DNA from: Chloroflexota bacterium
GTDB lineage: Bacteria; Chloroflexota; UBA11872
Direction of reading: 5' to 3'
DNA length: 64,000 nt
Assembly (NCBI GenBank): GCA_026707585.1
Contig: JAPOWQ010000032.1
Coordinates: 7,383 to 71,382 of the forward strand
Part shown: one piece after another, positions 57,747 through 64,000 of the stretch
How positions within the stretch are numbered: position 1 is the stretch's first letter
Layout: each line of letters begins with the position of its first letter
Made by a program: the position numbers and the translations under genes
Notes under the pieces: generated by a model
What the model was told of the DNA's origin: nothing
What the model saw: the letters and a program-made list of their open reading frames with translations, nothing else
The model's database searches: none

Positions 57747-58224
57747 CCACGTTCTCTGGGTTCTGGCGGCTCAGCAGGTCTTCCGCCCGAAGCATGATCG
57801 TGCGCTCATTCACATGATGCAGCATGCGCACCGCATCCTGCATTGCCACCCAGCGCGCTTCCACGTGCTCCGACGGGTCGGGACGGATACTGCCGCCGGT
57901 GGACCGCAGCAGATACTGATGCACGACCTTCGGCACAAAGCCCGTCCACAGGTCGGGGCGGACTTCGTAGCGGATCTCGCCCAGGTCGTCCACCACTTCG
58001 CCGACGATGCCGGTTTCCTCAAGGACTTCGCGGACTGCCGCGTCCTTGGGAGCTTCACCCGGCTCGACGGCGCCCTTCGGCAGAACCCAGGCCCCGCGCT
58101 GCGTCTGGACGACGGCCACCTGAACCTGGCCATTCTTCTGGCGAAATATCACACCGCCAGACGACTCGAGGAAGGGCTCTTCGCTGCCGGCGGCTGCTGC
58201 GGGCTGATCGGCGGCTTCTGCCAT
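57739..58224 (-). CDS. NUDIX hydrolase
   Basis: Nudix box GAVEPGEAPKDAAVREVLEETGI. Confidence 0.8.
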   Translation of the reverse strand: MAEAADQPAAAAGSEEPFLESSGGVIFRQKNGQVQVAVVQTQRGAWVLPKGAVEPGEAPKDAAVREVLEETGIVGEVVDDLGEIRYEVRPDLWTGFVPKVVHQYLLRSTGGSIRPDPSEHVEARWVAMQDAVRMLHHVNERTIMLRAEDLLSRQNPENVGA

Positions 58225-58233
58225 TGGTTGCTC

Positions 58234-58818
58234 CTATACCGTGGGGGCGTCGCGGTAGGCGAAGCCAAGGTGCGACCGGCTAGGGGTGGATCCCTGCTGG
58301 TCCTGATACTTGCTGTCCAAACCCGGCGAGCCGTACGGACGTTCCGCCGGGCTCGTGAGTTGCATCACCGAAAGCTGGCTGACCCGCATGCCGGGCCACA
58401 GCAGGATGGGCAGGTTGGCGTGATTCGACAACTCAAGCGTCAAACTGCCGCGAAAGCCCGGGTCCACGTAGCCTGCGGTGCTGTGCACCATCAATCCTAG
58501 CCGCCCCAGCGAACTCTTGCCCTCGATGCGGCCCACGAGGTCGTCTGACATCTGGATGGTCTCCACCGTGCCGCCCAGCACGAATTCGCCCGGGTGGAGA
58601 ACGAAACTGGTACCGTCCTTGACCTCGACGGTCTTGGTCAGGTCCGGCTGATTCAACCTGGGATCGATATGCGTTTCGGTCTGATTTACAAAGACCTGGA
58701 ACAGCGAGCCCAGTCGCAGGTCGATGCTCGATGGCTGAATAGCGGTTTCATCGAGCGGGGTGACCTTGAGACGCCCTGACGCGACCGCCTCGCGCAGAGC
58801 CCGATCGCTCAGGACCAC
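58234..58818 (-). CDS. dcd: dCTP deaminase
   Basis: MVLSDRALREAV...SSIDLRLG motif, 194 aa. Confidence 0.85.
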   Translation of the reverse strand: MVLSDRALREAVASGRLKVTPLDETAIQPSSIDLRLGSLFQVFVNQTETHIDPRLNQPDLTKTVEVKDGTSFVLHPGEFVLGGTVETIQMSDDLVGRIEGKSSLGRLGLMVHSTAGYVDPGFRGSLTLELSNHANLPILLWPGMRVSQLSVMQLTSPAERPYGSPGLDSKYQDQQGSTPSRSHLGFAYRDAPTV

Positions 58819-58857
58819 TCGCCCCCCTTTTCGCGGCCCCTTGGGCGCGCGGCGCCG

Positions 58858-60375
58858 ATGCTACCGTACGCTTGCCCCGCCAGCCTGCCGGTTGCTGCTG
58901 CGTTGATTCTCGCCATCGATCAGGGCACAACGGGCACCACGACGCTGGTCATTGACGAGGACGCCCGCATCGTCGGCCGCGCCTACGCACCGGTCGATCA
59001 GAGCTACCCGCGCCCGGGCTGGGTGGAACACGACCCCAACCAGATCTGGGACGGTGTGCAACGCGCCGCACGGGAGGCCCTTGACGCCGCGCCGGCTGGA
59101 GCGGTTGCCGCGATTGGCATTACCAACCAGCGCGAGACCGCCGTGGCCTGGGATTCGGCCACTCTCGAACCCCTCACATCTGCCATCGTCTGGCAGGACG
59201 TTCGCACGGCGTCCCGGATGGCCGACCTGGAAGCCGGCGGCCATGGCGACAGAATCCGCACATCCACCGGTCTGCGCCCCAGTCCCTACTTCAGCGCCGG
59301 CAAATTCGCCTGGATGCTGGACCGTGTGCCCGAGGTCGTCGCGGCTCGCGATACCGGCCGCCTGCGCCTGGGAACCGTCGATGCCTGGCTGATTGCCCGC
59401 CTGTCCGGTGGCGCGCACGTCTCGGATGCCACCAACGTGTCCCGAACCCTCCTGATGGACATACACGCCGGCCGCTGGTCCGCCAAACTCACGGAGCTGT
59501 TCGGCATTCCCCAGGAAGCACTGCCCGAAATTGTGCCCTCGGCCGGCCAATGCGCGGTCGCCGGCGCCGATGCCCCGGTCGCTCGCGGCACACCGATCAG
59601 CGGCGTCGCCGGCGATCAGCAGGCCGCCCTCTTCGGCCATCTCGCCGTCTCGCCCGGCGAGGCTAAGGTCACCTATGGCACCGGCTGCTTCCTGCTCCAA
59701 CACGCCGGGAATGAGCGCCCGCCGGACATTGACCATCTGCTCACCACCGTGGCGCTCGGCCTACCTGACGGTCTCACTTATGCCTACGAAGGCAGCGTGT
59801 TCACCGGCGGCGCCCTAGTGCAGTGGCTGCGCGACGAATTGGGGCTGATCGAGTCCGCTCCCGAGATCGAGAGGCTGGCGCGATCGGTGCCCGATACCGG
59901 CGGCGCGGTGGTCGTGCCCGCGTTCACGGGCCTAGGGGCGCCCTATTGGGATCCCGATGCCCGCGGGGCGATTCTCGGTCTCACGCGCGGCGTCACGGCG
60001 ACCCACCTGGCCCGTGCCGCCCTGGAAGCCATCGCGCACCAGGTCCAGGACGTCCTGGATCTCATGCCCGCGCTGAGCGGCCAGCTACTCGTCGACGGCG
60101 GCGCCGCCGCCAATGACCTGCTCCTGCAGCTCCAGGCCGCCAGCGCTGCCCGTACCGTTGCCCGACCCGCGGACATTGAAACCACAGCCCTTGGCGCGGC
60201 CTACCTGGCCGGCTTGGCTCAGGGCGTCTGGTCGAGCGTGGACGAGCTGCGCTCGCTCCGCCCCGCACCGACGCTATTCGAGCCGGGCCCGGCAGCTCTG
60301 TCGATTGACCGTTCCACCTGGCGCCGCGCCGTCCAGCGCACCCGAGGCTGGGCGGCAGCCCCGGGTACCGCGTGA
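58858..60375 (+). CDS. glpK: Glycerol kinase (FGGY family)
   Basis: ILAIDQGTTGTT, GWVEHDP and FGGY C-terminal motifs. An alternative TTG start at 58903 is possible. Confidence 0.85.
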   Translation: MLPYACPASLPVAAALILAIDQGTTGTTTLVIDEDARIVGRAYAPVDQSYPRPGWVEHDPNQIWDGVQRAAREALDAAPAGAVAAIGITNQRETAVAWDSATLEPLTSAIVWQDVRTASRMADLEAGGHGDRIRTSTGLRPSPYFSAGKFAWMLDRVPEVVAARDTGRLRLGTVDAWLIARLSGGAHVSDATNVSRTLLMDIHAGRWSAKLTELFGIPQEALPEIVPSAGQCAVAGADAPVARGTPISGVAGDQQAALFGHLAVSPGEAKVTYGTGCFLLQHAGNERPPDIDHLLTTVALGLPDGLTYAYEGSVFTGGALVQWLRDELGLIESAPEIERLARSVPDTGGAVVVPAFTGLGAPYWDPDARGAILGLTRGVTATHLARAALEAIAHQVQDVLDLMPALSGQLLVDGGAAANDLLLQLQAASAARTVARPADIETTALGAAYLAGLAQGVWSSVDELRSLRPAPTLFEPGPAALSIDRSTWRRAVQRTRGWAAAPGTA

Positions 60376-60388
60376 GAGACTCCTGCCC

Positions 60389-61159
60389 ATGAGCCTGCAC
60401 GTCGCCTTTTGCCTGTGGGGCCTGCCTGAAGACCCGGCGGTCGCCACGGCTTTTGCCGCCGAAGCGGGCTTCCAGTCTGTGGACGTACGCCCCGGCTACA
60501 GCAAGCTCCCGGATTCCGAACGCACCCTTCCCGTCACGTGCATGGCCGTGGCTCACCTCATGCCGGACGGCGCGTTGTTGGACGCCATCCCAAAGTCGGC
60601 CCGGAAAGCGGCTGTGGATCATGTCCGCGCCGGGATCCTCGAGGCCCAAAGCCTGGACATTCCCGACGTATACCTCGCGCCTCCCGCCACGCCTGACGCG
60701 GAGGCCCTTGCCGCCTACCGCGAATCGGCGCTCACCCTGGCGGACGAAGCCAAGCGTGCCGGCATCCGCCTCGGGATCGAACACTTCCCCGGCCGCGGCC
60801 TCCCCACCGTCCGGGAAACGCTCGACTTCATCACGGCCTGCGGCCACGACAATCTCTACATGGTCCTGGATATCGGCCACAACCAGATCGCCGGCGAGTC
60901 TGTCGCCGGGTCGATCCAGGCTGCCGGCGACCGCCTCCAATACGTCCACGTCAATGACAACGACGCCCAGAGCGACCTGCACCTCGGGCTGCTGGAGGGC
61001 GTCCAGGACGAGGCCTGGGTCAGCGACGCCCTCCGCGCGGTCGTCGAGTCCGACTACGACGGACCGGTCAGCGTCGAAGTCAACATGGCGCTGGACGACC
61101 CGCGGACCTCCGCCGTCAGTAGCCTGTCCATCATCCGCCGGCTCGAGCCGACGGGCTAA
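60389..61159 (+). CDS. Sugar phosphate isomerase/epimerase (xylose-isomerase-like TIM barrel)
   Basis: AP-endonuclease-2/TIM-barrel pattern with metal ligands (E..D..H..E). Confidence 0.65.
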   Translation: MSLHVAFCLWGLPEDPAVATAFAAEAGFQSVDVRPGYSKLPDSERTLPVTCMAVAHLMPDGALLDAIPKSARKAAVDHVRAGILEAQSLDIPDVYLAPPATPDAEALAAYRESALTLADEAKRAGIRLGIEHFPGRGLPTVRETLDFITACGHDNLYMVLDIGHNQIAGESVAGSIQAAGDRLQYVHVNDNDAQSDLHLGLLEGVQDEAWVSDALRAVVESDYDGPVSVEVNMALDDPRTSAVSSLSIIRRLEPTG

Positions 61160-61165
61160 GCCGGA

Positions 61166-62170
61166 CTAGACCCGGCCGGCCGCCCGGTAGGCGTCATCGA
61201 TCAGCTGCACGGCATTCGCGCAGTCCCGCGGCGTGATGGCCGGCGGGTCCCCGCGACCCACCCGTTCCAGGCAATCCCGCACGAATCCCGGATAGGCCGA
61301 TAGCACGGTCACCGGCGTGTCCAGGTGCTCGTTCCGACCCGGCGCGAGGATCTGCAGGCCGTCGGGAACCGCTTGCAGCATGGCGTTCGCGCCCGCCACC
61401 TTCATCTCGGAGTCCGACTCGTTCGCGGGCCACGTGGGCATCGTGTAGCCCACTTCCACGTGCACCAGCGTCCCGCTCGAGCTGCGCAGCGTCGCCAGCG
61501 CGTAGTCCTCGACTTCCGATGCGTGCACGATGTTGCTGATCACCGCCGACACCACCTGCACGTCCTCGCCCAGCAAAAACCGGGACATGTCCATGCCGTG
61601 ACCGCCCAAGTTCGTCAGTGCGCCGCCGCCAGCCTGCGAGCGGTCCAGCATCCACGGCGAGTCCCACTCGACATAACGCTGCATGGTCGGCCGGATGATC
61701 CGAAACACGATGTGCGAAATCGGTCCGAACTCGTCCGCCGCAATCATCTCCCGCGCCTTCGCCGCCCACGGCGACTGCCGGTTGGGAAACGGCACCGAAA
61801 CCCAGGCGCCCCGTGCCTCCGCCAGGTCCGCCAGGCCGCTCACGACCCCCGCGCTGGTCCCCATCGGCTTTTCCATCATGAACGGGATATCCGCCTCGAT
61901 CAGGTACCCCGCGATCTCCGGCATCTCCACGTGCCGTCCAAGGGCGATCACGAACTCCGGCTTCGTCGCGTGGATCATTTCGCGGTAATCGGTAAACGCC
62001 GTCGTCTCGTAGCGGCGCGCCCGGTCCTCGGCAATCGCGGCGTCGCTGTCAGATACCCCGGCCAGCTCGATGTCCAGGTCCAGGTTCTGCAGCACCGTCA
62101 GGTAGGCGGCGTCGTAGGTGGAGTGCCAGTGGTTGACTTCGATAACGGCAATTCGGCGCGGCGTGCTCAT
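61166..62170 (-). CDS. Gfo/Idh/MocA family oxidoreductase (fourth paralog in the window)
   Basis: RIAVIEVNHWHS N-terminus, EKP motif (MMEKPMG) and a C-terminal domain. Confidence 0.75.
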   Translation of the reverse strand: MSTPRRIAVIEVNHWHSTYDAAYLTVLQNLDLDIELAGVSDSDAAIAEDRARRYETTAFTDYREMIHATKPEFVIALGRHVEMPEIAGYLIEADIPFMMEKPMGTSAGVVSGLADLAEARGAWVSVPFPNRQSPWAAKAREMIAADEFGPISHIVFRIIRPTMQRYVEWDSPWMLDRSQAGGGALTNLGGHGMDMSRFLLGEDVQVVSAVISNIVHASEVEDYALATLRSSSGTLVHVEVGYTMPTWPANESDSEMKVAGANAMLQAVPDGLQILAPGRNEHLDTPVTVLSAYPGFVRDCLERVGRGDPPAITPRDCANAVQLIDDAYRAAGRV

Positions 62171-62260
62171 GGGCGACGACTCCAGGGTCCGGCGGCGCGA
62201 CGGTAACACGAGCCGCCGCAGTAAGCTCTAAGCGACCAAGCCGTTGTACCGGGTGGCACC

Positions 62261-62752
62261 ATGAGCGCGGATGACAAGGACAAGAAAGGCTGGGGGAGTC
62301 GCCTCGACGGCCTGATCAAGCGGGTGGGCGACGAAGTCGGCGGCGAACGCGGCGAAAGAGTCCGCTCACGACTGACCGAAGCCAAATCGCGCGTCGCGGC
62401 CGGCCTTGAGAGCGACGAGGCTCGCCGGATTCGCGGTGAAATGGCGACGCTTGGCGACAAAGCAATGCACCGCGTGGACGACGCCCTCAGGCACGAGCGC
62501 ACCCAGGCCGTCGTCAAGCGCGTCGACTCCGCCCTCACCGAAATCGGCGACCGTCTCCGCGGCGAAGACACCCAGCCCCCAGCCAGCGCACCGTCTCCCA
62601 AGGCGCGCGCGGACGCCGCTGGATCTCAAGAGGCAGCCACGCAGACCGAAACGACCTCGGCCCGACCCGAAGCAGCGGCCGCGGAAGCTAAGGACGTGTC
62701 ACCGACCATCTCCCCGAACAGCGACGACGAAACACCGACGAAGCACGCCTAA
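62261..62752 (+). CDS. Hypothetical charged/low-complexity protein
   Basis: ORF with a coding-like third-position GC skew. Rich in Arg, Asp, Glu and Ala; no domain recognised. Confidence 0.35.
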   Translation: MSADDKDKKGWGSRLDGLIKRVGDEVGGERGERVRSRLTEAKSRVAAGLESDEARRIRGEMATLGDKAMHRVDDALRHERTQAVVKRVDSALTEIGDRLRGEDTQPPASAPSPKARADAAGSQEAATQTETTSARPEAAAAEAKDVSPTISPNSDDETPTKHA

Positions 62753-62813
62753 CCTACGCCCGCTGCTCCGCCTCGGCAATCTCAGGCCACCGGCAACTGG
62801 CCGCCGGCGGACC

Positions 62814-63983
62814 CTAAGCCCTCCCATGCACCAGCAGCCGCGCCAGGCTGCCCCACGACAGCGCCGTGCCCTCCCCCACCAGCAACTCAATGCCCTCCCG
62901 TACGAACTCCGGCCTGCGCCGCGCCGCCCGCACCCCAAAATCTGCAATCCAGGCCTGCTGCGCCAGCCGCTTGGCTCGCGCCGACGCGCGAAAGTGCTCG
63001 CCGAAGCGCTGACGAAACCAGGCGTCGTAGCCCTGGAACGGTTGCTTGCCCGTTCCCGACCGCAGGGCCTGCGCCGCGCGGGTCGCCGCTTCCATGCCGG
63101 CCGCCATTCCGTACGCGATCCCCTCGCCCGAGAACGGATTGATCATCGACCCTGCGTCCCCCACCAGCGCGACCCGCCCATGCACCAGCGGCGGCACTTT
63201 GCTGGCGAACGGCAGCATGTAGGCGCGTGACCGCGTCGGCTCCAGGACCTCGTGTCCGCTAGACCTCAGGAAACCTCGCAACAGCTCCGGCAGGCTCCGG
63301 TTCTGCCGTCGATAGCGCGCGGCGTCGATCATCACCCCCACGTTCGCGCCCTGCTCGTCGATCGGAAATATCCAGCCGTACGCCGGGAGCAGTTCGCGCT
63401 TGAAATAGAACGCCATGTGCTCGAACCCGCTGGGCCGCTCCACGTAGGCCCGCATAGCTACGCCGGTGTGCGCCGCGTCGTTGTAGGCCACGCCCAGCAG
63501 TCGCCGCACGTCCGACCGCGCCCCGTCGGCTGCAATCACCGCCTTGGCCTCAATTGAGACGGGCCCGTTCGGACCGCCTGCTGTGACCTTGACCGGTACG
63601 TCGCCGGGCGACTCCAGCCCCTCCAGCCGAATCTCGGTGCATACCACGGCTCCCGCGTCCCGGGCACGCCCCAGTAGCGCGCCATCGAACTCCGCGCGCG
63701 GCACCACGTAACCCCGCGCGGCCTCACCAATTGCCGGCAGATCGCCCACGACCTCGGCGCCCGATGGCGCCACGATCTTCAGTCGCTCGATTGGACGACG
63801 ACCCCGCACAATGTCGCCGGCATCCAGGTCCGCCAGCCGCGCCACGACGCCTGGTCCCAGTCCGTCGCCGCAGGCCTTGTCCCTCGGGAACCCTTGACGG
63901 TCCAGTACCAGCGTCTCAAGCTCCGGCGCCGCCCGCCGTGCGGCGATCGCCGCCGCCGCACCCGCCGGTCCTCCTCCGACCAC
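62814..63983 (-). CDS. Geranylgeranyl reductase family FAD-dependent oxidoreductase (MenJ-like)
   Basis: VVGGGPAGAAAAIAA FAD-binding GxGxxG motif and GDAAG-like region. The GTG at 63983 is preceded in frame by a typical CDLLV, so the true start may lie at or beyond the window edge. Confidence 0.7.
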   Translation of the reverse strand: MVGGGPAGAAAAIAARRAAPELETLVLDRQGFPRDKACGDGLGPGVVARLADLDAGDIVRGRRPIERLKIVAPSGAEVVGDLPAIGEAARGYVVPRAEFDGALLGRARDAGAVVCTEIRLEGLESPGDVPVKVTAGGPNGPVSIEAKAVIAADGARSDVRRLLGVAYNDAAHTGVAMRAYVERPSGFEHMAFYFKRELLPAYGWIFPIDEQGANVGVMIDAARYRRQNRSLPELLRGFLRSSGHEVLEPTRSRAYMLPFASKVPPLVHGRVALVGDAGSMINPFSGEGIAYGMAAGMEAATRAAQALRSGTGKQPFQGYDAWFRQRFGEHFRASARAKRLAQQAWIADFGVRAARRRPEFVREGIELLVGEGTALSWGSLARLLVHGRA

Positions 63984-64000
63984 CAGCAGGTCGCACGCTC

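Noticed and set aside
57622-58500. 292-aa plus-strand ORF
   Set aside because: It is antisense to the NUDIX and dcd genes, both of which have strong motifs.
1-64000. Search for CRISPR arrays, tRNAs, rRNAs, transposases, integrases and phage genes
   Set aside because: I saw no short regularly spaced repeats, no cloverleaf-like tRNA candidates in intergenic regions, and no DDE, tyrosine or serine recombinase motifs. The window looks chromosomal, not mobile.

Overview
High-GC (~68-70%) bacterial chromosomal segment. The mix of a conserved core with accessory clusters, tandem GT87/DUF2029 mannosyltransferase-like genes and LGFP-like repeats hints at an actinobacterial-type envelope. The core is ffs(SRP RNA)-dnaX-ybaB-recR, dcd, glpK, plsY, a rhodanese and a Mug glycosylase. 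The accessory content, in window order, is as follows. (1) The 3' end of a superfamily-2 helicase gene next to a solo TPR protein, with a duplicated 3'-end fragment of the TPR gene. (2) A sugar/sugar-acid catabolic island of about 12 kb: two tandem PhyH dioxygenases, three Gfo/Idh/MocA dehydrogenases, two enolase-superfamily dehydratases, a UxuA-like dehydratase, a class IV aminotransferase translationally coupled to a dehydrogenase, and an aquaporin. (3) A lipid-remodelling trio: CFA synthase, delta-9 desaturase and a TIGR01777 epimerase. (4) Two secreted beta-propeller proteins, one WD40 and one PD40/TolB-like, that share a homologous LGFP-like N-terminal module. (5) A tightly coupled five-gene operon DUF58 / transglutaminase-like protein / DUF948 / YtxH-like / DUF948. 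The transglutaminase-like protein has its predicted catalytic Cys and Asp substituted, and the operon lacks the usual MoxR ATPase; this is my best candidate for an undescribed system. (6) An eight-gene minus-strand envelope glycoconjugate operon: metallophosphoesterase, two GT87/DUF2029 mannosyltransferase-like proteins, an anchored protein, an ABC-2 exporter and a Gfo/Idh/MocA-NIL fusion, with two GT4 genes and plsY alongside. (7) Tandem MFS transporters, a ROK kinase and tandem orphan family-5 ABC substrate-binding proteins. Two genes (the first GT4 and the ABC ATPase) have conserved N-termini encoded with no canonical ATG/GTG/TTG start, CTG being the only candidate. I recognised no CRISPR arrays, tRNAs, transposases or integrases. 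Many long antisense ORFs are GC-content artefacts.
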